64,000 nt of DNA. Source: Macrostomum lignano. Taxonomy: Eukaryota. Of this stretch, positions 37,301 through 57,829 are shown piece by piece. The notes beneath the pieces are model-generated. The model was not told the DNA's origin. It worked only from the letters and a program-made list of their open reading frames with translations, and did no database searches. The DNA lies in NCBI GenBank assembly GCA_002269645.1, contig NIVC01001315.1:62001-126000 (forward strand), in the 5' to 3' direction. How positions within the stretch are numbered: position 1 is the first letter of the stretch; each line of letters opens with the position of its first letter. A program made the translations under genes and the position numbers.

Positions 37301-37670
37301 CCCGACTCCCCAGTTGCTGGGATTCCAGTCTGACTGTCTCTGGCCCCGACTCCCCAGTTGCTGGGATTCCAGTCTGACTGTCTCTGGCCCCGACTCCCCA
37401 GTTGCTGGGATTCCAGTCTGACTGTCTCTGGCCCCGACTCCCCAGTTGCTGGGATTCCAGTCTGACTGTCTCTGGCCCCGACTCCCCAGTTGCTGGGATT
37501 CCAGTCTGACTGTCTCTGGCCCCGACTCCCCAGTTGCTGGGATTCCAGTCTGACTGTCTCTGGCCCCGACTCCCCAGTTGCTGGGATTCCAGTCTGAGCT
37601 CCCACTCTACTCTGTTGCATTGCAGGACTTCATGTTCTTTGAGAACAATCAGCAGAACCAGAACAACTGA
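34263..37670 (+). CDS. PLSCR: Phospholipid scramblase; exons 34263-34574, 35460-35837, 36495-36597, 36952-37010, 37626-37670 (298 aa)
   Basis: Q/P-rich N-terminus; [66 protein letters not shown]; Cys-rich CCACPGCYC; GKISKQWSG..FTDADNFGVS|FPMDLDVKIKAAMVGAVFLI|DFMFFE. All introns are GT-AG and in phase. Confidence 0.97.
34690..35410. repeat. 30-bp minisatellite (GATCTTGAAGTCAATGGGGTGAGATTTAGG), scramblase intron 1
   Basis: About 23 units. Confidence 0.95.
35885..36460. repeat. 26-35-bp minisatellite (GATGTGATGCTGTGACAGGTGTTGCA), scramblase intron 2
   Basis: About 20 units. Confidence 0.95.
37025..37600. repeat. 44-bp minisatellite (CTGGCCCCGACTCCCCAGTTGCTGGGATTCCAGTCTGACTGTCT), scramblase intron 4
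   Basis: About 13 units. Confidence 0.95.
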
Positions 37671-38179
37671 GGCCGGCCCTGATCTGACAGCTTACTCAAC
37701 TATGCATATATGGCGCATATATCCATTTTTATTCAAACTTATATAGTTTTTGTCTCGCTGCCAAGACGCTGTTTGTTATTAACTATGCTGGCGAAGTTCG
37801 AATAACTCGCTTTAAATATTCACACATTTTATCTCGGCTGCATGCTCGTCTGCGCGCGTTTTCTTTTTCGTTTCTCCTGTCTTGCTGCCGCGGCCATGTC
37901 TGCTTGCATGGTTCGCGTCTTTTTCCTTTCTCTCTTTCTTTGTCGAGTTTACTTCTGTTGAATTTATTTTATTGCAAAAGCATCTCGCAGAGATGTCGCT
38001 TTCTTATTACTGCGCCGTTGCTTGCATTCGATGTGGAAATTATGGCCTGCTGTTGCTTCTTCTCTGGCCTTGGTCTGCCGCCATTCATTTCTGCACTGGG
38101 CAGCTGCTGTCACTTAAATTGGCGTGCTCAGTTAACTAACCATCTGCAGTCTGACTGGACGGAGAAATCCTGAAAATCT

Positions 38180-38410
38180 GCAGATTGCACTGAACAATCT
38201 ACAGATTGGACTGAGCAGTCTACAGATTGGACTGAGCAATCTACAGATTGGACTGAACAGTCTACAGATTGGACTGAGCAATCTACAGATTTGACTGAGC
38301 AGTCTACAGATTGAACTGAGCAGTCTACAGATTGGACTGAACAGTCTACAGATTGGACTGAGCAATCTACAGATTGGACTGAACAATCTACAGATTGGAC
38401 TGAGCAATCT
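38180..38410. repeat. 21-bp minisatellite (TCTACAGATTGGACTGAGCAA)
   Basis: About 11 units. Confidence 0.9.
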
Positions 38411-38929
38411 TATTATTGAGTGCATGAAACTGCAAGTATTTTTTGGCAATGCATATTGAGCTTATGTGTTAACCGGATTTATAGTTATACTATAGATTAT
38501 ACTACTGGATTATATTTATGATAAAAGTTCACGGCTGCGGTAAGGCAATCCTAGGAATCAAATTGTTGTATTTTTCTGTGTAGAAGGCTTATTTTTCCAG
38601 CTGTTTTTGTCATATTTTTAGATTGCTTTAGCACCCACCTTGTACTTTTCCGCCTGTTTTTGCACCAAAAATTATTTAATTGTTTATCTATGTATTTTGC
38701 CTAGTCATTGTTTATATCTACAGGCCTATTGACGCGGCAATTCAGCGGCAATTCATTGAATCTCGTACTCCCCGCCCCTAGTCAGAGTGCATCGTGTCCT
38801 CCCCATGTCTACGCAATGCTGTTTATACACTTTTACTCGTAACACCCCCATTTGCTTACCGCGCTGTATTCCTGCAGTAGTTTGTTGTTTTATAGTACTG
38901 AAAAAGCCAGAAGTGATGGTTGTTGACAG

Positions 38930-39320
38930 TGGGACATGTGCACTTGACAGCAGTACATGTGCACTTGACAGCAGTTCATGTGCACTTGACAGCAGTACAT
39001 GTGCACTTGACAGCAGTACATGTGCACTTGACAGCAGTACATGTGCACTTGACAGCAGTACATGTGCACTTGACAGCAGTACATGTGCACTTGACAGCAG
39101 TACATGTGCACTTGACAGCAGTACATGTGCACTTGACAGCAGTACATGTGCACTTGACAGCAGTACATGTGCACTTGACAGCAGTTCATGTGCACTTGAC
39201 AGCAGTTCATGTGCACTTGACAGCAGTACATGTGCACTTGACAGCAGTACATGTGCACTTGACAGCAGTACATGTGCATTTGACAACAAGACGCGCACTT
39301 TAGCAGGACATGTGCACTTG
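38930..39320. repeat. 21-bp minisatellite (GACAGCAGTACATGTGCACTT)
   Basis: About 17 units. Confidence 0.95.
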
Positions 39321-39849
39321 ACAGTAGGAAATGCACAACGATTGCCTCAGGCTTCTTGATTCCTTAGTCACCCGTGGCCACTTCTGCCCGTTGCTGCGCA
39401 CAGCAAAACAACAGTAAAAGTCTGCGTTGTCAAGGGATCAGCCCGAGTCCCTCCTCTATGTGTTTTGGCTTCGCCCTGCCTACGATAAAAATTATATTAG
39501 TTAATTGTTTATTTTTTACGAGCCTGACGCAGAATATATTTATAAATATAATCTGGCTAGCGACACGTGAAGCGAGGGCTTGTAAGATTGCGTCCAGATA
39601 TGACAATAGTTCATATTTATTATTATTACTCATATATAAACAGTTCGCATTTAGTTCGTTCGAGTTTTGTTGACTAAAGTAACACTTTAGAGTAAACGAG
39701 AGTACGCTGAGTGTACACTTAAGTACACTTGATTACAGGTAATTGACCTAGCTGAGCACCGCCACAGAAGTCCTTGGCTTTCGCGGCTTCTTCTGACTGG
39801 CTATTCCTGAAGCACTTTTAGCCTGTTTTGACTTCTTATGCTACTCGTA

Positions 39850-40205
39850 CTTGCCATCCCTGAAGCTACTTGCCATTCCTGAAGCTACTTGCCATCCCTG
39901 AAGCTACTTGCCATCCCTGAAGCTACTTGCCATTCCTGAAGCTACTTGCCATTCCTGAAGCTACTTGCCATTCCTGAAGCTACTTGCCATTCCTGAAGCT
40001 ACTTGCCATCCCTGAAGCTACTTGCCATCCCTGAAGCTACTTGCCATCCCTGAAGCTACTTGCCATTCCTGAAGCTACTTGCCATTCCTGAAGCTACTTG
40101 CCATTCCTGATGCTACTAATTGCCATCCCTGAAGTTACTTTCTATTCCTGAAGCTACTTGCCATTCCTGATGCTACTTGCCATTCCTGAAGCTACTTGCC
40201 ATTCC
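39850..40205. repeat. 19-bp minisatellite (TACTTGCCATYCCTGAAGC)
   Basis: About 18 units. Confidence 0.9.
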
Positions 40206-40361
40206 TATTCTAAGTTTCGCAAACGTCTATAGCTCCTTGCCATTCCTATTCTAAGTTTCGCAAACGTCTATAGCTCCTTGTGATTTCTACAGCAAATTCA
40301 GTTGTCCCAAAAAGCCAGAGCTCATCTTCCAGCCAGTCATCAGAGCCGCCTCATTCCGGCC

Positions 40362-45916
<5,555 letters not shown>

Positions 45917-46094
45917 GGCTGCTGCTGCTGCCGCTGCGCCTGCGGCTGAGTGCGCTAAAATTTATTATCTTAGACCTGCTCCGCGGTCTGAAAGCGCAAT
46001 GGACGCGCGAGGGGAAGGAGGGGGGACAGATAAGGCAAAGGCGGCACTCAGCAACACAAGTCAGGGCTTTATGAGCTCTGGCTAAAACATGATC

Positions 46095-46277
46095 TGATAC
46101 AGTCACTCTACACTTGATACAGTCACTCAGCACTTGATACAGTCACTCAGCACTTGATCCAGTCACTCAGCACTTGATACAGTCACTCTCCACTTGATCC
46201 AGTCACTCAGCACTTGATACAGTCACTCTCCACTTGATCCAGTCACTCTGCACTTGATACAGTCACTCAGCACTCAG
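46095..46277. repeat. 20-bp satellite (GATACAGTCACTCAGCACTT), left remnant
   Basis: About 9 units, same unit as 49705-51750. Confidence 0.9.
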
Positions 46278-49200
46278 CATCTCCCCGAGCGTTCCTGTTA
46301 GAAGAAGAATGCCAGGCGGTGCAGATGGTTGAAGCGAATCTTAAGTTTGAAGTTGGACGATACCAAGTGACGAATCCTTGGAAGGCGAATCCAACGGCAT
46401 TGCCTAGTAACAGGAACGCAGCCCTGCATCGGTTGAAATGCACTGAAAAGCGTTTGCGGAAAGATCCAGACCTGGCGAAGGCGTACCAGGAGGTGCATCC
46501 AGTTAAAGGTTGCACAGAAGAAGTCGACAGCACAGTGCCAGTGGCGGGTGAGTGGTACCTGCCGCACTTTGCAGTGGTGCGAGCGGACAAAGACACGCAT
46601 TGTCTTTGATGCATCAGCACGCTGCAATGGAATCTGCTTGAATGATGCCATCTTCGCTGGCCCAAAACTGCAAAATTATCTCTTCAAGGTTCTGCTAAGA
46701 TTCCGCATGCATGCAGTGGCCTGTTGTCCTGTGACATCGAATAAATGTATTTAAGAATCAGATTGGCCGCTGAAGACAGGCGATTCTTGCGGTTTCTATG
46801 GCGCGGACTCGAGGCAGATCGTGATGTGGAGCCGAAGGTGTACGAGTCCGAAGCGTCATCTTTGGTGTTAACTGCTCGCCATTCTTGGCCCAGTTCGTGA
46901 CGCAAGAGAACGAACGCTGGCATCAGGAAGAACTGCCAATGGCGGCGAGGACTGCCAATGGCGCGATCAGTTGACCGAGTTGTGGAGCAGAGCCGGGATG
47001 AGAGCATGCAAATGGATTTCCAACTCGGCGGAAGTACTAGCGAGAGTTCCGGAGTCCGAGCGGGCCCAGCGGTCTGAGTTGCTGCTGACAGGCAAGTCAC
47101 CAACCAGCAAAGCCCTGGGTGTCGATTGGCGGGCCAAGGAAGATGTGCTGTCAGTCACCTTGGATGAGTCGAATAGCAACTGAAAGATTACAACAAAGCG
47201 ACAGCTGCTGCGAAGCATTGCCAGTGTGTTCGATCCATGCGGCTTCATAGCTCCATGTGTCATTCGGAAAAAGATCATGCTCCAGGGGATTTGGCAGCAC
47301 GGATGTGACTGGGACGAACCGATCGATCCAGCGATGGCAGAGAAGGCATCCTAATGGATGAGCGAACTTTCAGTTCTTCAACAAGTTGCTGTGCCGCGTT
47401 GTCTGAATCCACAAGGCCGTCAAGCGGAGATTCACGCGCTTGTGGACGCTTTTCAAGATGCGTACGGAGCTGTAGTCTACTGCCGAGGCCACAATATTGA
47501 TGAGGTAACAATGCGCTTCGTAGCGTCGAAGTCGAAGGTAGCCCCGCTATTGACTGTCAACGTCCCGAGGCTTGAGTTGATGGCCGCGGTGCTGGGAGTT
47601 CGGCTGACCAAGACTATCGCGGATGCTCTGGGCATGGAGATTAGAGTAGCAACCCTTTGGACCGATAGTCAAACGTCCTGTCGTGGATACGGAACCGGAG
47701 CCGGGGCGTTCAAACCGTTTGTTGCCAACCGAATCGCACTGACTCATCTAGAGGTGAAGGTGAATCAGTGGGGATACGTGCCGACGAAGTTGAATCCAGC
47801 GGACATTTTATCCATAAGCTGCAGCGCTTCCGAGTTGCCGAATTCGTGATTGTGGTTCCAGGGACCAGAGTTCCCGCAAAGAAGGAAGAATGTTGGCCGG
47901 AGAAGAGGATTCCGTTAATGCCGGAGGACGCAGAAGCGTCCAAGAAGCCTGAAGGTGTGGTCAACCTGGGTCCACGTGAGCAGCGTCACTAGCGGACATT
48001 CGTCGCGGAAGCGGAGACAATGGGAAAAAGATGGTGGTTGGAACCAGCTGCTGATGAGTAAATTTCACCGTCGGGCTCGACACTGACTCGTTTTTGAATG
48101 CGTTCTACCGCATGGTCAACCGTCGAGGCCTGCCAAAGATCATGCACTCGGACAACGGCGGAAACTTTGTAAGAGGATCAGAAGAGCTCAAGCAACTGGA
48201 AAGTGTGAACAAGACCAAATGGCAAGAGAAGACAGCAGTGCACGGAGTAAAGTGGAGCTTTCAGTCGCCAGCAGCGCCACATTTTGGTGGAGCGCATGAA
48301 ATAATGATCAGCGCAGCGAAGCTCGGCGATCCTCGGCAACGCGGATGTTAACGATGAGGAGTTGCACTCAGCGATCACCGGAGCAGAGGCGCTTATTAAC
48401 TCACGCCCAATCACGTACCGGACGAGGTACCGTTAACGCCCAATCATTTTCTGCACGGACAAGCCGGAGGGCAGTTTTCACCGGATGTAGCGATTAATCC
48501 AAGAAAGCGTTGGCGACGGGTGCAGGAGCTCGTGACGCATGTGTGGCGGCGCTGGATGCGAGAGTGGCTACCCGGCCTGCAGCCGAGGTCCAAGTGGATC
48601 GACCAACAGAGAAACCTGCAGGAAGATGACGTAGTGCTGGTGGTCAAGCCCGTCGCACCGCGAGGTCGCTGGCCGCTCGGACGAGTGGTCTCGGTCTTCC
48701 CGGGTCAAGACGGTCGCGTGCGAGTGGCCAATGTTCAAGTCGGTCAGGCTGTGCTGGTACGGCCTCTGTCCAAGCTGTGTGTCATTGAAACATCAAGAAC
48801 TGAGTAACTGATTGTGACAGAGTGTGACAGAAAGACTGACTGTTAAACGCCTGTGGGCTTAGTTGTTACTGTATTGCTAGTTCGGGCGTTCATAACATCT
48901 GTTTCTTTTACTTTTCGGCAATTTTTGTTGCTTTTGATTACTTCTGTTGCCTTTTTCCTGCTGCAAGCTCATGCGATCTTTAGAAGTGTTTTTTCTGACC
49001 ATTTCTGATTTTTCTGGTGGATGTTTTTTCTTTTCAAATGAATTGTTTCTGTTTTTGCATTGCGTCATTTTCTTTTCTATTGATTTTATTATCGTAATTG
49101 TTTTCTAATCAGGTTTTGTGCAACTTCGAGGCGTAATGCTTTTCCAGGTTGGTCCGATCGTTTTTCGTGGTGATTGTTTCACGGAGAGTCAGCTTTTTGT

Positions 49201-49700
49201 TACTCGTAGTTTCCAGTTTATTGCAGGCACGATTCTCGTTGACAACATATTCATTAATGTAGTTGTTTACCAGCAGTCAGTTTTTTTCACACAAAGAACG
49301 TGCTTTGTTATGCGTTATTGCTTGCGCGTTTTGTCTTTTTCTGGCTAGTGGAGGGCTCATCTCAATTAAGCTTGTTACTTCATTCAATTTTATCCTATGT
49401 CAAGAAGGGGGGAATGTTTACGAGAGAGAGGGCCCCATTTTTGTATCGATTCATCAACATGTACTTTTCATCGTTCCATTAATTTTTAAGCGCGTGCAGG
49501 TTATTCGTACGAGTTCAGCCCCAACCCCCATCACTAATATATGTACAGCACCCACCCCCATTTGTTTAGAGAAGTTAATTATTTGCCAAAAGTATGTAGC
49601 CATCAGCTTCTCTCCAAGAAGTGCGCGTTCTTGGTTCTTTCTTCTGCTACTGGCTGAAAAGAAAGTCTCTTACTGCGTAGATTCAATCTATTGCATTCAA
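46278..49700 (+). mobile_element. 5'-truncated, internally deleted BEL/Pao LTR retrotransposon (RT remnant, RNase H/Pao domain, integrase, C-terminal domain, PPT, probable 3' LTR)
   Basis: [140 protein letters not shown]. Many frameshifts. PPT AAGAAGGGGGGAA (49402-49414) is followed by TGTT at 49415. Confidence 0.92.
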
Positions 49701-49704
49701 AGAC

Positions 49705-51750
49705 TTGATACAGTCACTGAGCACCTGATACAGTCACTCAGCACCTGATACAGTCACTGAGCACCTGATACAGTCACTGAGCACCTGATACAGTCACTGA
49801 GCACCTGATACAGTCACTCAGCACTCGATACAGTCACTGAGCACCTGATACAGTCACTCAGCACTCGATACAGTCACTGAGCACCTGATACAGTCACTCA
49901 GCACTCGATACAGTCACTCAGCACTTGATACAGTCACTCAGCACTTGATACAGTCACTCAGCACCTGATACAGTCACTCAGCACTCGATACAGTCACTGA
50001 GCACCTGATACAGTCACTCAGCACTCGATACAGTCACTCAGCACTTGATACAGTCACTCAGCACTTGATACAGTCACTCAGCACTCGATACAGTCACTCA
50101 GCACTTGATACAGTCACTCAGCACTTGATACAGTCACTCAGCACCTGATACAGTCACTAAGCACTTGATACAGTCACTCTACACTTGATACAGTCACTCA
50201 GCACTCGATACAGTCACTCAGCACTTGATACAGTCACTCAGCACTTGATACAGTCACTCAGCACTCGATACAGTCACTCAGCACTTGATACAGTCACTCA
50301 GCACTTGATACAGTCACTCAGCACCTGATACAGTCACTAAGCACTTGATACAGTCACTCTACACTTGATACAGTCACTCAGCACTTGATACAGTCACTGA
50401 GCGCCTGATACAGTCACTCAGCACCTGATACAGTCACTGAGCACCTGATACAGTCACTGAGCACCTGATACAGTCACTCAGCACCTGATACAGTCACTGA
50501 GCACCTGATACAGTCACTCAGCACTCGATACAGTCACTGAGCACCTGATACAGTCACTCAGCACTCGATACAGTCACTGAGCACCTGATACAGTCACTCA
50601 GCACTCGATACAGTCACTCAGCACTTGATACAGTCACTCAGCACCTGATACAGTCACTCAGCACTCGATACAGTCACTCAGCACCTGATACAGTCACTCA
50701 GCACTCGATACAGTCACTCAGCACTTGATACAGTCACTCAGCACTTGATACAGTCACTCAGCACTCGATACAGTCACTCAGCACTTGATACAGTCACTCA
50801 GCACTTGATACAGTCACTCAGCACCTGATACAGTCACTAAGCACTTGATACAGTCACTCTACACTTGATACAGTCACTCAGCACTTGATACAGTCACTCT
50901 ACACTTGATACAGTCACTCAGCACTTGATACAGTCACTCAGCACTTGATACAGTCACTCAGCACTTGATACAGTCACTCAGCACTCGATACAGTCACTCA
51001 GCACTTGATACAGTCGCTCAGCACTTGATACAGTCACTCAGCACTTGATACAGTCACTCAGCACTTGATACAGTCACTCAGCACTTGATGCCGTCACTCT
51101 GCACTTGATACAGTCACTCAGCACTTGATACAGTCACTCTACACTTGATACAGTCACTGAGCACCTGATACAGTCACTCAGCACTTGATACAGTCACTCA
51201 GCACTTGATACAGTCACTCAGCACTTGATACAGTCACTCAGCACTTGATACAGTCACTCAGCACTTGATACAGTCACTCAGCACCTGATACAGTCACTCA
51301 GCACTTGATACAGTCACTCAGCACTTGATACAGTCACTCAGCACTTGATACAGTCACTCTACACTTGATACAGTCACTCTGCACTTGATGCAGTCACTCA
51401 GCACTTGATGCAGTCACTCAGCACTTGATCCAGTCACTCAGCACCTGATACAGTCACTCTGCACTTGATACAGTCACTCAGCACTTGATACAGTCACTCA
51501 GCACTCAATGCAGTCACTCAGCACTTGATACAGTCACTCAGCACTCGATGCAGTCACTCAGCACTTGATACAGTCACTCTGCACTTGATACAGTCACACA
51601 GCACTCGATGCAGTCACTCAGCACTCAATGCAGTCACTCAGCACTTGATACAGTCACTCAGCACTCGATGCAGTCACTCAGCACTCGATGCAGTCACTCA
51701 GCACTCGATGCAGTCACTCAGCACTCGATGCAGTCACTCAGCACTCGATA
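49705..51750. repeat. 20-bp satellite (GATACAGTCACTCAGCACTT), about 100 units
   Basis: Long tandem array with variant blocks that recur. Confidence 0.98.
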
Positions 51751-52079
51751 CAATCCAGTCACTCAACTCTTGGAAGCCCAACAAGCGCACAACACTTCGC
51801 GGGAGCCTTGGCCCAAGTTTATAAAACGCGGGACATATCATTCAAAACAATTTTCGTCGTCAAAATGGCTCTTGTAGTGACTTGTAGTTGATGCCTTATC
51901 AATAGATAAGTTTCTGCAGCGAATGCTCTGCGCAAAACCCCCGGACCCTTTTTTCTTCTGAGTTGACAAGTTTGCAACTTTTTATATAAACAAATTTAGG
52001 GCCAGGTATGTTGTGTACATGTAACCTGCTCTGTGCAAAGCATGTACTTGGCGCCAGAGTTCACTGAAACTGTGGCGCC

Positions 52080-52755
52080 AGATGATACGGCGCCAGATAC
52101 ACTCTCAGTGTGTAGACACGGCGACAGATACACTCTCAGTGTGTAGACACGGCGCCAGATACACTCTCAGTGCGTAGATACGGCGCCAGATACACTCTCA
52201 GTGTGTAGACACGGCGCCAGATACACTCTCAGTGTGTAGATACAGCGCCAGATACACTCTCAGTGTATAGATACGGCGCCAGTTACACTCTCAGTGTGTA
52301 GACACGGCGCCAGATACACTCTCAGTGTGTAGATACAGCGCCAGATACACTCTCAGTGTGTAGACACGGCGCCAGATACACTCTCAGTGTGTAGACACGG
52401 CGCCAGATACACTCTCAGTGTGTAGACACGGCGCCAGATACACTCTCAGTGCGTAGATACGGCACCAGTTACACTCTCAGTGTGTAGATACGGCGCCAGA
52501 TACACTCTCAGTGTATAGACACGGCGCCAGATACACTCTCAGTGTGTAGATACGGCACCAGTTACACTCTCAGTGTGTAGATACGGCGCCAGTTACACTC
52601 TCAGTGTGTAGACACGGCGCCAGATACACTCTCAGTGTGTAGATACGGCGCCAGATACACTCTCAGTGTGTAGATACGGCGCCAGTTACACTCTCTGTGT
52701 GTAGACACGGCGCCAGATACACTCTCAGTGTGTAGATACGGCGCCAGTTACACTC
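52080..52755. repeat. 31-bp minisatellite (GGCGCCAGATACACTCTCAGTGTGTAGACAC)
   Basis: About 21 units; internal ACACT-ctc-AGTGT hairpin. Confidence 0.95.
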
Positions 52756-52876
52756 GATAGTCTCGATAGTCCAGCAAATGACCGCCCAGCCAATCAGCGC
52801 CTCTTGCCAGCCACAATTAAATAAACAGGCGAGGGAGGGGGGCGAAACCGAGCCCCAGTCTCAACCGCTATTTTCC

Positions 52877-55186
<2,310 letters not shown>

Positions 55187-56004
55187 CCAGCTCTGAGCGG
55201 ATCTGAGCAGCTCAAACTCGAGCTCGATCGAGATCAAGGAGTTTGAGGAGTTTTGCACTTAACTATTTGAGATTGAGTTCACCTCTGATTTCGGACAGAA
55301 ATCTCCCGCCCCGATTTCCACTGTCTGATCCCACAACTTTTAATCCGCACTTCCTCCTGTTGCCCGACTTTTCACTTGTTTTGCTTGTCTCTGACGGTGG
55401 AAGCCACGAAAAAACTCTGCTTTTGTAGGATCGACTGCTGATTTCCTGTTTTTGTTTTTGCTGCTTTTTCGAAAACAAAAGCAATCAGCTCGAGCTCTGT
55501 TGCCATGGGAACGGGACTTTTTCTAACAAGTTGCGACACGCAGCAGAGTTTTTGTCATGGAAATCCGAACGCAGTTCAGAGACAATGCGGAGTCCCAGCC
55601 GACGAAATTGCAGTTCAGAGACAATGCGGAGTCCCAGCCGGTGAAACTGCTTTGCTGCGGAACTTTTTTTCTTCAGATCGAGATGAACCAAAAAGATTTT
55701 ATTCAACTGATTTTTTCCCGACGGCTGGCACTGAACTTCTATCGATGCTGTTTACAAGTCGAATATCTGAAGGCTTTGACAGGACCCCAGCCTGCTTTGC
55801 TTCAACTTCAGTCGAAAAAAACAGACACGCACTCATACGCAGCCTCACACAAGGTGTACAGCGACCCTTTATGACATTCCAATCGTCAGGCATGTACACT
55901 TTCTCTGCGCCTTGGGGGTTGGCGCTCATGGATGTGCATCGCGCAGCAACCCCTCAGGCCCGTGTTTCCTGCACAAGCCGCAAATGACTGTCCTGGCGCT
56001 GCTG

Positions 56005-56355
56005 CTCCGCCCCTTTTCTCGCTTCAGCCAATGAGAAAGCGACAATTGCTCCGCCCCTTTTCTCGCTTCAGCCAATGAGAAAGCGACAATTGCTCCGCCC
56101 CTTTTCTCGCTTCAGCCAATGAGAAAGCGACAATTGCTCCGCCCCTTTTCTCGCTTCAGCCAATGAGAAAGCGACAATTGCTCCGCCCCTTTTCTCGCTT
56201 CAGCCAATGAGAAAGCGACAATTGCTCCGCCCCTTTTCTCGCTTCAGCCAATGAGAAAGCGACAATTGCTCCGCCCCTTTTCTCGCTTCAGCCAATGAGA
56301 AAGCGACAATTGCTCCGCCCCTTTTCTCGCTTTAGCCAATGAGAAAGCGACAATC
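56005..56355. repeat. 44-bp minisatellite carrying a GC-box and a CCAAT box in each unit
   Basis: Unit CTCCGCCCCTTTTCTCGCTTCAGCCAATGAGAAAGCGACAATTG, about 8 copies. Confidence 0.95.
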
Positions 56356-56674
56356 GCCATCTGCCGAGTTCTGAGCGGCATGTTTAGCAAAAAAAAGCTC
56401 GGAGGCGTCTGCCAGGCGTGTATTGTGGAAGTTGCTGTACGTGCATGCTGTGCTGGTTGGGAGTTGGCCTATGGGGTAAATAAGGATTAAATGCCAGCTA
56501 AGTAAGGGGATAGATGCCTAGCTACAAGGTAATAAAAGTTTGTCTGCGCTAGCGGCAATGCAGCTTTTGAGCGCCTTTTGTTCCGCTCCGACTCCGAGGA
56601 GTCTGCAAAGCTCTGTCACAAAACTAGATTGGCTGTGGCGCCGCAGTCTGTCAGGGGCGAACTGAAGTTGGGCT

Positions 56675-57538
56675 TCATCGGCGGCCGGCCGAGGAGTCCG
56701 GCTTCCGGAGGCTTTCCAGCAGGCCCTGAATCACCTGCAGGCTGCCGTCCGCGCCCGCCGCCGCCGCCGCAACACCCGCCGCGTTTTCCGAGTCGCTGGC
56801 GCTGCCCACCGAGTCCTCCTCGTACGAGCTGCCGGAGTCCGCCGAGTCGTCGTCGTGATGATTATTCAGCTGGTGCCTCTTGGCGCCGCCGCCACCGGCC
56901 AGGCGCCTGGCGCCGCTGTGGATGGCGCCGGACTGCTGCCTGCCGGTCTGCCGGGCCGCCTGCATGCCGCTTTGGCGCTGCTTCGCCTGCGGGCCGCCGC
57001 AGACGACCTGGAGGCAGAGCTCCTTGTCCTCTTCCTCCTCCGGCTCAGAGGCGTCGCCGCCGCCGCCGCTGCACGGCTGCCCAGCGGTCGCCTCGGAGGC
57101 GCCGCCGCGGTCCTCGCGCACGCTGGGCCGCACCAGCAGCGAGCCGTTCTCGGCCAGGCAGGACTCGAGCTTCAGCACCAGGCGGAGCTCGCTGGGCTCG
57201 ATGCGGACCCGCTGCTGCCCGCAGCCCGCCTGGTTGCTGGCGTTCGTGGCGACGACCGGCTGCGGCTCGGCTGGGCGCTGCGGCTTCTGGTGCTGCCGAG
57301 TGGCCTGCCTCACCTTCGGCTGCTGGAGCTGCTGGAGCTGCTGCTGCTGCTGCTGCATTTCCTGAAGTTCCTGGATCGGCTGCTTCTTTTCCAATTGTTG
57401 CTGCTGCTGCTGAATCGCCGGTCCCGCCGCCGGCCGTCTGTCTCGCTGCTTGATCTTGCCGATGACCTTCTCGAACTCCTTGGCCAGCTCGGTGGCCATC
57501 TCGTACAGTCCGTCAGTGGATTCGTCAAGGTCTGCCAT
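56675..57538 (-). CDS. Uncharacterised 287-aa Q/S/E-rich protein with an N-terminal helix resembling the start of an RH1 (RILP/JIP3) domain
   Basis: Long GC3-rich ORF with an upstream in-frame stop. LYEMATELAKEFEKVIG resembles the RH1 helix VYDLASEIGKEFERLI, but the similarity does not continue. Confidence 0.65.
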   Translation of the reverse strand: MADLDESTDGLYEMATELAKEFEKVIGKIKQRDRRPAAGPAIQQQQQQLEKKQPIQELQEMQQQQQQLQQLQQPKVRQATRQHQKPQRPAEPQPVVATNASNQAGCGQQRVRIEPSELRLVLKLESCLAENGSLLVRPSVREDRGGASEATAGQPCSGGGGDASEPEEEEDKELCLQVVCGGPQAKQRQSGMQAARQTGRQQSGAIHSGARRLAGGGGAKRHQLNNHHDDDSADSGSSYEEDSVGSASDSENAAGVAAAAAGADGSLQVIQGLLESLRKPDSSAGRR

Positions 57539-57829
57539 TGGGCTGCACTTCTTGGCTCTGGGATTGCTTGCGACTGGCGGCTCAGACTCTTGAATTTATG
57601 GCGGCTTTAGCGTGTCTGCTGTGAATCAGTTCGGGCAGCTCGTAGCAACGCCTTGTGCGGGCCCGCGGCCTGCTCTGCTCTGGCTCGAGCCATAGACACT
57701 GCTGGGGACCGGGCTGAGATTGCAGTCTGCTGTAGAAGTGCAAATATTGTGTCTGTTCCAAAAATTATTCCTATGTCTACGGCTAATTCGGGGCAACAAC
57801 TCCAGCACCTCATGCTCATATCCCTCTTG

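Noticed and set aside
49705-52755. Possible CRISPR-like arrays
   Set aside because: Units are head-to-tail with no unique spacers, there are no cas genes, and the context is eukaryotic.
55500-55990. Frameshifted minus-strand coding-like fragment (ICGLCRKHGP..EKVYMPDDWNVIKG)
   Set aside because: Possibly a transposon relic, but I cannot assign a family; it needs a translated search.
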